DNA from: Rhina ancylostomus
Taxonomy: Eukaryota
DNA length: 64,000 bases
Direction of reading: 5' to 3'
NCBI GenBank assembly: GCA_030265395.1
Contig: JARFYF010000074.1
Coordinates: 87,659,235-87,723,234, forward strand
Shown here: positions 1 to 11,812 of the stretch, piece after piece
How the letters are laid out: the number at the start of each line of letters is the position of its first letter
Position numbering within the stretch: the first letter of the stretch is position 1
Made by a program: the position numbers and the translations under genes
The notes under the pieces: model-generated
Seen by the model: only the letters and a program-made list of their open reading frames with translations
What the model was told of the DNA's origin: nothing
The model's database searches: none

Positions 1-317
1 AAAATGAACATATTTAGGCTCCAATGATTATGATATGTTAGTTACTTTTCAAAATGAATATATAGATACCATTCTAATTAAGGGATTGATTTTACTTTAT
101 TTTGGGTCTGAAAAATAAAGTTCAGGCACCAATAATGTTTCCACGCAAGATTAATATGCAAGATTAATATTCAGTTACAAGTTTGAGTAATAATAAACTG
201 CCAATAACAATTTATGTTTCATAAAGATTCACTCCAAAGTAAAGAGATAATTTAAAAACTGTTCATTTCACTTCTTCCTTAAATTTTTTTTAAAGCTCTG
301 AGTGAACATGGAAAACT

Positions 318-430
318 TGTTTCTGTGCTGTAGCACTCATGACTTTATAGGTAGATGGGACTAGGCAGAAGATCAGATCAGCATGGACTAAATGGGCCAA
401 AGGACCTGCTTCTGTGCTGTAGTACTCTAA
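318..430 (+). mobile_element. CR1 LINE 3' tail fragments (two adjacent tails)
   Basis: Typical CR1 3' end 'aatgggccaaaggacctgcttctgtgctgtagtactcta', with a second 'ttctgtgctgtagcactc' at ~320; the same tail is seen on the longer CR1 copies at 3258-3835 and 12075-12632. Confidence 0.7.
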
Positions 431-689
431 AACTCCACTTTCACCAAAAGATATGCTATGCTAAGTCTGAAATACAGACAATAAATAACTGACAAAAAGC
501 TTCATAAATCAAAGCAGAATAAGAATTGAAATAAAATTTCAAGAAGGCACTGGAGTGGGGCGTTGCAAGCTGCTCTCTGCAGATCCACTCGTTACTTCTA
601 TTATCGTTCTACTCTTAAATCTAAAATCTCTAGGAATTAATAATTTTTAAAAAATCTTCATACAGGTCTGGCGATCTTTCAACCTTCAG

Positions 690-878
690 GAGTGCAATCT
701 ACCTCGTTATGACCTTGCACTTTATTGTCTACCTGCACTGCACTTTCTCCGTAGCTGTTACACTTTATTCTCCATCTNNNNNNNNNNNNNNNNNNNNNNN
801 NNNNNNNNNNCGAACAGTATGCAAGACAAGATTTTTACTGTACACTTGGTACATGTGACAAAGATAAACCAATAATAA
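690..878 (+). mobile_element. LINE 3' UTR fragment (possibly Rex1/Babar-like; clade inferred), contains an N gap
   Basis: 'acctcgttatgaccttgcact...tttttactgtacacttggtacatgtgacaaagataaacc'; a related element lies at 56038-56950 and a similar tail ends the SINE at 52744-53045. Confidence 0.55.
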
Positions 879-2366
879 AATATATTAAATAGTACTGAAA
901 AATTGAATCAAGGCAAGTAAATAGTTACACTTGCAATTTCACAGGGTTAATTTTCCATTACACTATTCGCTAGTGTAAAACCTTTAACAACAGCTTAATC
1001 AATTCTTTCAGCATAGATATTGTCTGACCTGAATACTTGCTGTATTTTGTTTTTATTCCAGATTTTTAAAATTCAGAAGTATTTATGAAGTTAACTAACT
1101 TCTTAAAGGCGCTTCTGCTTTGAAACTGAATTATGCATGACAATGCAAATTCAACTAAGAGGTTGGCCAATTCATTTTCAAATGTTTACCAGTAGTAGGC
1201 TGAACCCTACTGATGATTATTTTATTACTTTACAAAAAATATCTAACCACTGGATTGTCAATTCCTTATGGTAATTGGGACAAAATAAAGAAGTTCGCTA
1301 ATATCATAGTGAAGATTCAAGGCACCTTAAAAAAGCACATGATAAAATTCAAGACAATTTCTAATTTATGGCACAATCCATTAGTGAATTATATACATTT
1401 CTGCAGAATGTCCTGTATTTACTCACTTAAACCTGACGTATGGAGTATAAAAGTGCAATGACATTATGTCAGAAGAGTTAGTAAATTAAAATTTAAGTGT
1501 CATAAGCTTTGCGATAAAGTTGTGAGCCGCAACACCTTGCATAGTTTGCAACAGAAGATTTCAACACAAACTGTATAAATGCAGCAATACAATAACCTGT
1601 CTGCCTCGTTACCCTACATTCAGGAGATAGCTTCTTATACTCCTCTCCATCAATCATTTCCAATGAGCAGTATCATTTCCATCTCCCAACCCCCAGGAAG
1701 ACCTTGCTTCCCCAACGCCAATACACACACAGATCTTTCATCGTTCACCCGCCAACTACCACATCGGATCTTCGAGAGTGATTTGCCTCAAACTCCTACT
1801 TGAAGGAAATCTTCCTCACCAAACATCTAACCCCCCCCGACCCCCTCCCCCGGGGAAGTGGTCCTTCTTCTCCCGTCCTCCACCTACTCCTCCCCTCCAG
1901 GACACTATTCTTCACATTTCACCACCCCAGGGGAGATCGTCGTCCACCTCCCTTCCCCCCCCCCCGGAGGTTTTGTTGGGTTTACCGAACTTGAAACATT
2001 CCCTTGATTTAACGTCATTGTTCCGCGGGACCACTGCAAGCGCCGGACTGGTGGCGACGCGGGCCCCGGGCCACTGCTTCTCCGCCCTAGACACGGAGGC
2101 CAGCGTTTAGCGCGTCTCTCCTCAGGTCTCCACAGGAGTGCAGGCGGCAGTGCCGCCGGCGGCTCTCCTCCATCCCGGCCCGGTGCGTGGGAACGCAGGC
2201 AAGGCCTGCTAATGGGAGTCGAGAGGAAATCCGGAGCCTGCGCGCTAGGCCGCAGCTCTTTTCTCTCCCCGCAGGCCGATCCCAGAGAACCGCCACGCAA
2301 CTCCCGAGTGCTCCCCATTAACCGAATCGCGAGAGAAAAAGAGCGGTGCCTTGCCGCCTCCCTGAC

Positions 2367-2520
2367 CTGGGCCTGGCGTCCTGTGCAAACGATCCCGCTC
2401 CTGGCCGCTCGCAATCACAAAAAACCCGGATTCAGTGGGGGAGGGGCAGGGGGGGGCGTCGAGATGGAAACAGATCCACCGGGAAAAAAATTCAATCCCG
2501 TAAAATCGCTGGCCCGCTCA
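2367..2520 (-). other. Putative non-coding first exon (5' UTR) of an unidentified gene transcribed leftwards
   Basis: Minus-strand donor CCAG|GTCAGG (GT at 2366-2365). The minus strand downstream (1680-1970) is strongly G-rich, as expected just 3' of a CpG-island TSS. The TSS position is a guess. Confidence 0.45.
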
Positions 2521-2537
2521 GCCGCCGTACACCGTAC

Positions 2538-2549
2538 GGCGCATGCGTG
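2538..2549. promoter_or_regulatory. NRF1-like site
   Basis: GGCGCATGCGTG versus consensus TGCGCATGCGCA, inside the CpG island. Confidence 0.7.
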
Positions 2550-2583
2550 CGACGTGAGAGCCCCGCCACTCGCCCCTCCGCGT

Positions 2584-2597
2584 GTGTCACGTGACAC
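2584..2597. promoter_or_regulatory. Perfect 14-bp palindrome containing the GTCACGTGAC E-box (USF / MiT-TFE CLEAR motif)
   Basis: GTGTCACGTGACAC is its own reverse complement; core GTCACGTGAC at 2586-2595. Confidence 0.8.
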
Positions 2598-2634
2598 GTC
2601 CGGCGTTTCCCTGGCAGCGCCATTGGCCGCCGCT

Positions 2635-2676
2635 GTCCTTCGCGGCGCCGCCTTTGGGAGACGGCGCCAGTTGCAG
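2635..2676 (+). other. Putative first exon of a divergent (+) transcript, probably non-coding
   Basis: Donor-like TTGCAG|GTAGGC (GT at 2677-2678) ~80 bp downstream of the E-box palindrome; no ATG in this segment. Confidence 0.35.
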
Positions 2677-2949
2677 GTAGGCGTCCCAAAGCAGGGCCGG
2701 TCCACAGGGCTGCAGAAGACTGGCTGTAAGAAAGTATACTGAACCCAAAGCAGCAACTTGCCTGGCAGACCTCAGGTTCACGGCCACCTGCACCTTATCT
2801 GTGTTGCCCTGGCCGTTGTCTCATGCTGATTTGCCAATAAAATGTCCCCCCAACTAAATGCTAAGACATTTCTATCCGTTCCACGAACTCTTCTTGATGT
2901 CTGACGGTGGCTAAATCAGACAATACACAACCTAGATGTTATATTGGAA

Positions 2950-3250
2950 AGACAAAACAACTGCGGTAGCTGGAATTTGAAAAAAGCTATTGAAAATGCT
3001 GGAAATACTCAGCAACATCTGTGGACAGAGTTAACATTGCAGGTGCATTACACCTGTACATCTAGAAGCCTGCTTGTTTTAAGTTGCAGGGAAGGTGGTC
3101 AGACAGAGGGGACAAAGGGTAGATCTGTGATTGGATGGAGGCTGGAGGAAAATGTATGGCACAGATTGGTGTCAACTGAAAGAGCGTGGTTAAGGCTTCC
3201 TACTGGTTGTCAAACTATGTGGAGAGTTTGTGAAAATAGACAATAGAACA
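2950..3250 (-). mobile_element. Degenerate Penelope-like terminal repeat fragment
   Basis: 'gaaaatgctggaaatactcagc...catctgtggacagagttaac' followed by a purine-rich tract, the same layout as the copies at 14915, 23085, 36235 and 51315. Confidence 0.55.
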
Positions 3251-3257
3251 GAACGGT

Positions 3258-3835
3258 TACCCTGGGTATAAAACTTCAGTTAAGCGACATTCAGTGCAGT
3301 TCTGATTGCCACATTAGAGGAAGGATATGGAGTCTTTGGAGGGGGTGCAAAGAAGGTTCACCTGGATGTTGCTTGAATCAGAGAATATTAGCTATCAGGA
3401 GAGGTTGGACAAACTTGGATTGCTTTGACAAACTTGGATTGCTTTCTCTGGTGTGTTGGAGGCTGAGGGGCGACTTGTAGTATATAAACCTATAAGGGGC
3501 ATAGATAAGGTAGAGAGAGGGTCTTTTCCCCAGGGTGGAACTGTTAAATACTAGAGGGTGTAGATTTAAGGTGAGAGAGGGAAAGCTTAAGGGAAATTTG
3601 TGAGGGAGGTTTTTTTCACACAGAGAGTGCTAGGTGCCTGGAAAATGCTGCCGGGGAGGTGGTGAAATTAAATACGATAGTAACATTTAAGAGGCATTTA
3701 GACAGGCATGTGAACAGGCAGAGAATGGAGGAATATAGACCATGCAGATAAGATTAGTTTAAATTAGCATCGTGGTCAGTACAGATTTTGTGGGCTGAAA
3801 GGCCTTTTTCTGTGCTGTATTGTTCTATGATCTAT
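3258..3835 (+). mobile_element. CR1 LINE, ORF2 C-terminus plus 3' UTR (disrupted)
   Basis: Encodes the ...VQRRFT..L..SYQERLDKLGL... motif; 3' tail 'gggctgaaaggcctttttctgtgctgtattgttctatg'; internal 19-bp tandem duplication at 3408-3445. Confidence 0.9.
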
Positions 3836-4174
3836 AATCGAGGTTAAAAATGAATAATTTTGTAACTGTAAAATACAGAAAATAATAATTACTGTAAATC
3901 TGAAATAAAGGGTTCAATTTTAAAATTTTCGTCCTTATTTTCAAATCACTCCATGACTTCAACCCAGCATATTCTTTGCAATCAGGTCTTTAGGCTTTTG
4001 AGAGAATCATGTTCCTCTAATTTAGGCTAAATGAGCACCTGTGATTTGAATTGCTCCATAATTTTGCAGCCATGCTTTCAGCTGCCGAGGCCCCAGTTCT
4101 GAGATTCCTAAACCTTACTGCCTTTCTTTCCTTTGCTCTTTGCTCAGAATCTATCTCTAACTATATTTTAAATT

Positions 4175-5320
4175 TACTTATGTGGGCATTGCTTGGAGGC
4201 CAGCATTTATTGCCCATTTCTAAATGTTGTTCTTGAACCACTGCAATTTTTCTGGTGAAGGTGCTCCCTCAATATTCTTGTGTAGGCATGAACTGTTCGG
4301 GTTTCTGAAGATTTGCAAATAGAACTGAACACTGTGCAATCGTCAGTGAATATCCCCTTTTCTGACTTATGGTGGAAGGAAGGTCATCAATGATGCAGCT
4401 GAATGTGGCTACAACTGGAAATTGCCCTGACGAGCTCCTGTCAAAGGACTGAGATGATTGACGTCCAACAACTGGAATCACATTCCTTTGTGCAAGGTAT
4501 GACTTCAACCATTGGAATATTTTCCCCTTGATGCCCATTGACTTATTTTACCAGCACTCCTTGATATCAAGGGTAGTCACTTTCACCCTCTGGTATTCAA
4601 TTCTTTGGTCTGTTTTGGGGCCAAGGCTGTGATGAAGCCCAGAACCAAATGATTTTCGCAAAACCCAGTCTGGGCATTGGTGAGTAAGAAAGTGGCACTT
4701 GATGGCACTGTCATTGACACTTTCAATCACTTCAAGGGTAGACTAATTGGACAGTAATTATCAGGATTGGATTTGTCATATTTTTGTGAAAAGGACATAC
4801 CCAGGCAAATTTTCACATTGCTGGGTAAATGACAACATTGCTATTATCCTCAAACAGGTAGTAATGGTGTACAAATCTTCAGTACCACAGTCAGGATTTT
4901 GTCTAGTCCTAAAGCTGTTGCTATATCCAGCACTGTTTGTTGCTCCTTGATATTATGTGTAGTAAGTTGAATTGATTGAAGACTGGATTCTGTGATGGTG
5001 TGCGTTTCATGGGGAGGCCATGTTCAGCACTTCTGGCTGAACATAGTTGCAAATGCTTCTGCTTTGTCTTCAGCACTCATGCCCTAGCCCTGCCATCACT
5101 GACTCAATAGCTGCTTCCTGCTAGCTATTTAATTGTCCACTGCCCTTTAAATTTTGATGTGGAAGAACCACATTTCTTTGATTTGATCTATTGGGGTTGT
5201 GGTATCACCTAGCTGTATCTATTGCATGCTGTTTTTGATGTTTAGCACATGTGCAGTCCTATGTTACACCTTCAGTAGCTGCAATGTAGAACATTTTTAG
5301 GTACCCTAGTGCTGCTCTCA
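4175..5320 (-). mobile_element. Ancient CR1-group LINE, RT remnant plus 3' end
   Basis: Minus ORFs read MGIKGKIFQWLKSYL...FSCIIDDLPS and ..VTTLDIK (RT motifs); family tail 'gcatttattgccc' at ~4203. Confidence 0.8.
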
Positions 5321-6989
5321 TTGGAGAGACTTCTGGGCTTTTAAACAATTATCTTTTATTTTAAAAAAAGGTCATTTGCACACTTTACAAAAGCCTTGGT
5401 TATGTAATAGATTTTAAGGCCATAGTTTCTTTGCGCATTTTGGGCGGAGTGCTGGGTTAGGGAGGTATGTGTAGGAATGTCATTTTATTTGTTGTGTGAG
5501 TCTATTAATATGAGTTAATTTCTTACTGTGCTTCAAAACCTAAGTATTATTTGGGCTTCTGATCTTGCCCCAGAGTTCTCATCATGAGCCACTTGTTGTC
5601 CCTCCCCCGCTCTGCCATGCTTGTCAGTTTACAGCTGGTAACTCTTTAAACCACTCCTGTGCCCAATGGCTTGTGGGAACCAAGGGGGAGATGTCCAGGA
5701 TACCCTATTCGGGGGTCTGCAGGGGCAGGTCTATTTGGGAAACGAGAGGTGGGGTGATGGTGGTAGTCTGAGGAGTATTATTTTCTGTGCAGTTAGTTGT
5801 CAATAGTTGTAAGAAGAGAGAGATTGACAGAGATGGATGGTGGTCAATGAATGAGGGCAGGCGACTGGTGCTGAAGATGTTTCTTTAATGGCAAGATGTG
5901 GGGTGAAGGTAGGTGTGAGCTTTATCAGTGGATGAACAAAGGGAAGCTAGCATTAGTTGCCAAGGGGAGTTGTTTCATTTTGAATAATGTCATGTCAAAT
6001 GGGATGGGCTGTAGAAGAATGTGCCAGCTTGAACAAAGGTGAAAATGAAAATAGCTGGAGTGTGGGGTGGAAGCAAATTGCCAGTATCTGAGGGACTTAG
6101 AGAGACGGAAGAAAAATGCCAGCTTGAACTGGAGGACTATTGTGTTTTTGTGAGTTTAGAACTTCATGCTTACTGTACCTCTTGTAACTGGTTTTGGTAC
6201 GTGGATTTGAAAGGGAGACTACTTCTCCAAAAGTACACTCAATAATAGTCCGATTTGTTTGCCTTAAAATCTGTGAAACAAAAATAAGAGGTGTCCAAGT
6301 GACCCCAAATACAAGATTTTAATGTATAGAAACACATTTGTGTGGGAAAATGTAATTTTGTGCCTTTCACATTTGGATTTTCCCTTTTAGGCTTTTATGT
6401 ACTTACGCTTTCATATTATTCATAGCTTAAGTTACAAAGCCCATGCAACTATTTGTTTTGAGATATCAGAGGCTTATAATCAGAGCCCATTCTTGAGCAG
6501 TCAGTATTTGGAGGCTGTGCCAACTTTCATTGAAGTTGTTAGTCAGCTTTGTTAGTTTTCTAGATCCCCTTCAGTGCTTCTTGGGATCATTTCAAAATTA
6601 GAAGCAATGAAATAGAGAAGGAATTATTAAACCTGCCAGCTGTACACAACAGGCCTATCTGGTTGATGGTATCCCAGTGAAGCGTGAATCCTGTTAGCTC
6701 AGTTGCACTCATGGTTTCTCTCAGGATGGAAAGCAGTGCAGAATTTAGATGTTTTCCAGCCTGCTATAGCTACAATTGGCACTGCAGAATGTACTACAGA
6801 TTGGGAATTTCCTTGGAGCTGCTCCTACTTCATTGATGTAATATTGCCATATGTGTTAGTAGGGTTTCTGCCATATTTCCAGTGAAGTTATGGTGGCAGA
6901 GTGAAGTATTCAGAGGAATTCCTTGGCCACAATCCACTTCAGAAGGCTGTAAAGTTTACTTAGTGAAATCTGTTTGGGAAGTGGGTAGG

Positions 6990-7320
6990 AACATAGAAAT
7001 ATCACATATCCTGTGTTAAAATTGCCAATGTTTGTATGTCCGTTTGGTGATCTGGAATACTCCAATGGTAGGCATCAAGTTATGTGATAGTGGTGACCAT
7101 CACCAATATTGCAGACAAGTCTTCGTGACCGATAGTGCACATCAGTCATGCCTGAAATTCTTCATTCAGCACATTTGCTGTGCCCAGGTTTGAAGAGATT
7201 GTTGCACACTCACTGCTTGGGGTGATATCTCCTGGGATGTTATAAAGCTACAAGACCTCTTATGTCAACCTTTCCTTCCTTTTCCACGCCTTTGCAATGG
7301 CCACTATATCCATGAAGTTA
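6990..7320 (-). mobile_element. Very old LINE AP-endonuclease remnant
   Basis: Minus-strand translation gives MDIVAIAKAW, YNIPG and IGVFQ, resembling the APE motifs DIIAITETW / NIPGY / IGVFYRPP. Confidence 0.4.
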
Positions 7321-8984
7321 AGAAGCATTTGTATACATTTCTCAATAGCCATAAGTGAAATCTAACCTGAAGTAAATCTTAATTTTTTGATATGAGTCTG
7401 TAGCTGCATAAAGACTCATTAATGATCCTTAAGGAGCTTGAGAACTTTAGTGCATGTTTTCATTATTTTTCACACCCTTCTTGAGGGAAATTTTGGCTCT
7501 GAGCAGGGTGAAACAAGAAATGTGTCCTTTTGGTTCTTCCTCTCTCTTTTCACTACTCTTGATTTCATATATATTTTTTGCTGAGATGAGGAAATAGCAG
7601 AATGTTGGCCATTCATTATTTTATTATGGGCAAGTGAAAAACAGCATATCTAGAGCATGTGGTATTTAACAATAATACAAGGAATGTAAATTCAGCTCTG
7701 TTCCTGGACTACAAATTATTACTAGCTATAAAGTCTTAGTCTGTTAGCCAAATATAGCAGAAATGAAGGGGAAACCAGGCCTTGTTTCTAAAGCATATGG
7801 CAAATTAAAAATGTGACAAGCCATTTGCATTCAAACTCTTTGGAAGAAGACTGANNNNAATATTCTCCCTAAGCTGTCAAAACCACAGGGAGGCCAGTAA
7901 GGTTAATGTGAGATAATGGTGGTTAGTATAGGATTCTATCAACTATTTTAAGGACTTCTGGATCAATTTTTCTGATATAACGGTTGAAAATATATGACCA
8001 AAATATCTGATCACAGAGTATGAGACAAATTGCAAGCATTTTAAAAATGGAGCTGTTTAGTTTTAATAGATTATAATAATCAAATAAGTGAATACCACTC
8101 CCAATGAGTTACATGTGGAAGACCTAATTACTATTTTGGGAGCTTTTTCTAGTTGTTCAATTTCCTTAGAGATCTAGATGAATTGTTTTTTGTCGTCTTG
8201 ATAAAGCATTTAACGTTTCAGATAGTAAAGTCAGTGTGTGACTTGTATCCAGATGGCATTACAGTGCATTTAACACAAACTCAATTTTTTAACATATACA
8301 ATCCACTTTATACTTGGCATTTCTTATAATTTGTAATTTGATATGCCCTTATAAAGGTGACTGACTCATCAATCTCTCATACTTTGTCAAGACTATTTTT
8401 TCATTACTCCTTTCATGTCCTTATCCATTTGTGACATAAAAAATATTTTGTTATTAGGGGAGCAATTTAAATGTTATTTAAAAAATTACATGCATCTATT
8501 TTTAAGTCATGTGCTTTTTCTCTTTGTGTGCAGCACACATTAATTCTGCATTATGACCTTTAAATCTCAAGAAAGGCAATATATAAATGGGACATACTAG
8601 AAATGGAGAACAGGTTTGCTTTCGTGTGAAAGTGTAAGGTATTAATGTTTTGGGTGTAATCAATCCTTCCTTAGATCTCAACCATACCTCAAAATAAAGA
8701 GTAATTCTGGTAGATATTTTCTTTTGCGAGAATATTTCTATACCTGAGATAATCATATGAGGGAGAGTAAAGGTGTAAGTTGGTAGATTTAGAGATGGAA
8801 GGAGGTTTGAAAGCAGCATAAATACTTATATGGACAGGTTGGGCTAAATGTCCTGTCCTGTGTTGTATATTCTATTTAATTCTATGAAACTGCTACCAAA
8901 GTACATTTCTATATTTTTTTCTTTAAAAATATGACTATGTGTAGTCATTGCTGAAATAAGGAGCAAATAAACAAAAACAGTGCA

Positions 8985-9305
8985 TTCCATGACTTTGGAA
9001 TATTTCAAAGTGTGTTAAAACTAAATCATTGTAATTAAGTATATCTTTAAAAGCAGTCACTGTTTTGATATAAGAGATGCAGCTGTCAGTTTGCACTCAG
9101 CAAGATCCCACAAATAACAATAACCAATTATCTATGCTATTGATGTTGATTGAGGAATAAAGATTGATTGGTCAGGAGTTCACTCCATTTTTCTGCTTTA
9201 AAATGGTGGCAGACAGGAGTTCAGTTTAGGGCATCTCATAGGGCAGATAGGAGTTCAGGTTAGCATCCCACCCAAAGGAATGCACCATTAACAGTGCAGT
9301 ACTTC
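8985..9305 (-). mobile_element. DeuSINE (SacSINE1/AmnSINE1-like) remnant
   Basis: 'gtcactgtt...tttgcactcagcaagatcccacaaa...tgatgttgattgaggaataaa...acagtgcagtact' matches the reverse of the copy at 63440-63957. Confidence 0.65.
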
Positions 9306-9314
9306 TTTTGGACA

Positions 9315-9815
9315 GCCCAATGCTGTCTCAGCAAAATCTCCAAATTCAAGTGAACAATGACATCCTCTTCCAGGCCAACATCCCCAGTATTCAGTCCCTA
9401 GTTACACTCACTTAGTTACGTTGGGCAGGCCATGTTATTTATATTCCATCTACCTGGCTTCCAAAGCAGACATTCTCTTCTGAGCTCTATCATGGGAAGA
9501 GATTATGAGGTGAAAAAAAGAAAGAGATTCAAGGATGTGGTCAAAGTGTACTTGAAGAACTGCAACATCCCCACTGACTCCAGGGAATCTCTGACCTATG
9601 ACCACTCAAAATGGAAAAAGAGCATTCAGGATGGAATTGAGAACCTCAACTTGGATTTCATAATAGTAACATCACCACCTCCTACCCACCCTGTCAGCCA
9701 CTACCCCTGCTCTATCTGTCAAAGGGTCTGTGGTTTCCACATTTGCCTCATTAGCCTCCTCACCAGAGTGGAAGTAAGTCATCCTCAATCCCCAGCAACT
9801 GCCCAAGAGGACAGA
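9315..9815 (+). mobile_element. RTE (BovB-like) LINE ORF C-terminal remnant
   Basis: ORF 9432-9827: KRKRFKDVVKVYLKNCNIPTDSRESLTYDHSKWKKSIQDG, plus the C-terminal CSICQRVC..HICLIS zinc-finger-like motif typical of RTE-BovB. Confidence 0.8.
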
Positions 9816-9899
9816 AAGTCAAACTAAACATTTGCACTTAAAATGTTGGTGTGAAACTTGAGTCCACAATATTTTGATACAATATGAATATGATCCCAA

Positions 9900-10093
9900 A
9901 GCACACNNNNNNNNNNNNNNNNNNNNNNNNNNNNNNNNNNNNNNNNNNNNNNNNNNNNNNNNNNNNNNNNNNNNNNNNNNNNNNNNNNNNNNNNNNNNNN
10001 NNNNNNGAGAACGTACAAACTCCTTACAGACAGCAGCCGGAATTGAACCCGGGTCACTGGTGCTGTAAAGCATTACACTACACTACCGTGCCT
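9900..10093 (-). mobile_element. tRNA-derived V-SINE (5' part; remainder in N gap)
   Basis: 'gagaacgtacaaactccttacagacagcagccggaattgaaccc' is the reverse of the head of the 52744-53045 SINE, including the B-box. Confidence 0.85.
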
Positions 10094-10904
10094 GTCCAAA
10101 TGCAGGTAGTGGCGTGGTCTCTGACCCTGTGTGCCCCTCTCCCATCCACTTTATATGCCTCTATCACAGGAAAATAAATAAGAATGTGTACAGTGATCCC
10201 CCTGGTAGTGACCACATGATGGAGAGCTGGGGAGAATGGGCTTCCCAGCCTGTAATTGTTGTAAAAAAATTCTTTCTTAGTATGAACAGATTTCTTTTAC
10301 TTGCTTGAGTCAAAGATTTGTGAATGTTATAAGTACTTCCCGGGTTGATAAGTAAGGCAGCCCTTCCTTTCTGTAGCTTGGAAGTTTAATCAGGGGCAGC
10401 TTCAGTATAACTGGAGCAATTTCTTTGGGTCTTATTACCCTCCTCCTGAAGACAAGAGCCCCTTTGGGGGCAGATGTGTCTTCAGCCTGCAGCCTACTCT
10501 TTCAATATTTAGGGTATACTTTTGGTCGGTGGATCTGATGTATCTAGTTACATAACCACAAATCAATTAGGATCCTCTCTCTGGCTTCTGCCTCCTTTTC
10601 TCCTGATACTATAGGTCCCGTCCCACCACCAGCCCCCCCCGCCCCCTGGCTTGTGTGCAGCCCGCATATACAAGCGCGCGTCTGGGGAGACTGGCGGGAT
10701 GGAATTTCCGGCTGCTGTGGGGCCGCAGGCACCTTCTGCCGTGGGGAAGGTGGTTCGGACCCGTGAAATGTCGGGGTTACAAACAGAGCACAGGAATAGG
10801 ACCTTGCCGTATCCTGGGAAAGGCCTGTACTTTTTTATTCCTACCTGAATTTTCCTACCTGCCATCCCATCCAATTTAGTTACGGCGATAGTTTCCTCTT
10901 AAAT

Positions 10905-11025
10905 AAGATTTGGAGGGATATGGGCCAAGTGCTGGGAAATGGGATTAGAGTGAATATACAACTTGGTTGCCATGGATACGTATGGGCCAAAGGGCCTTTT
11001 TTCATGCTTCAACTCTATGACTCTA
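10905..11025 (+). mobile_element. CR1 3' tail
   Basis: 'gagggatatgggccaagtgctggg...tgggccaaagggcc...ctctatgactcta'. Confidence 0.75.
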
Positions 11026-11319
11026 GGCTCTTTTAATCACATAATTAACCTGATTTACTGTATCAGAGCGAAGCTCTAAGATATCTATCTTTCTGAGGTG
11101 ACAACATGACCACAGCTGACATTTTATGCAGAGTGTTTTTGAAGGAGAAATCCTTTTGCAATGGAGTTTGGCTTGAAAATGGATAGTCGTGGATTGCTCA
11201 TCTGTTTTGAACTCTATAATTATCGCATCCATTTTGATCTATTGAAAACTAAAATTCGGTTGCCTGCTCAGTTATTAATCCAAGAAACACCCCAAACTTT
11301 AACGGATGTACTTCACTGA

Positions 11320-11812
11320 GACACAGAGAGTCATACAGCCATACAGCACCAAAACAGGCTCTTCAGCCCACTGAAGTCCATCCAAGGTACCCATCCAAGC
11401 CAGCATTTGGCCCATAACCTTCTAAACCTTTCCTATCCATGTACCTGTCCAAGTGCCTTTTAAATGTTGCGGATGTACCTGCCTCAACCACTTCCTCTGA
11501 TGGTTTATTCCATATACTGACCACCCTCTAGGTGAAAAAGTTGCCCCTTTTAATTCGCTCCCCTCTCACCTTAAGCCTAGGTTCGAGATTCCCCAACCCT
11601 GGGAAAAAACACTCTGAGTGCAATTACCCTATCTATGCCCCTCATGATCTTATACGGCTCCGTAAGATCCCCACTCAGTCTCCTACACTCCAAGGAATAA
11701 AGTCCTAGCCTATCCAACCTCTCCCTATAGCTCAGGCCCTCAAGTCCTGGCCGCATCCCTGTAAATCTTTTCTGTGCTCTGTCCAGCTTAATAGCAGGGT
11801 GACCAAAACTGA
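11320..11812 (-). mobile_element. CR1 LINE 3' fragment
   Basis: ORF 11577-11837: AQKRFTGMRPGLEGLSYRERLDRLGLYSLECRRLSGDL; CR1 tail at ~11325-11370. Confidence 0.9.

Larger units (their letters stand above)
2010..2790. promoter_or_regulatory. CpG island / bidirectional promoter
   Basis: The only extended GC- and CpG-rich stretch in an AT-rich, CpG-depleted window; clustered NRF1, E-box, CCAAT (attgg 2622-2626) and TCGCGAGA (2327-2334) motifs; splice-donor-like sites facing outward on both strands. Confidence 0.9.

Noticed and set aside
1778-2793. Multiple overlapping 60-176 aa ORFs on both strands
   Set aside because: Expected in a stop-poor GC-rich CpG island; low-complexity Pro/Arg/Gly/Ala sequences with no recognisable domain
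3072-3087. GCTTGTTTTAAGTTGC resembles my recollection of the miR-1788-5p sequence
   Set aside because: It lies inside a Penelope-like repeat remnant, the match is partial, and I see no complementary arm to form a pre-miRNA hairpin
3408-3445. 19-bp tandem duplication gacaaacttggattgcttt x2
   Set aside because: Ordinary slippage inside a dead CR1; only two units with no spacer, so not an array
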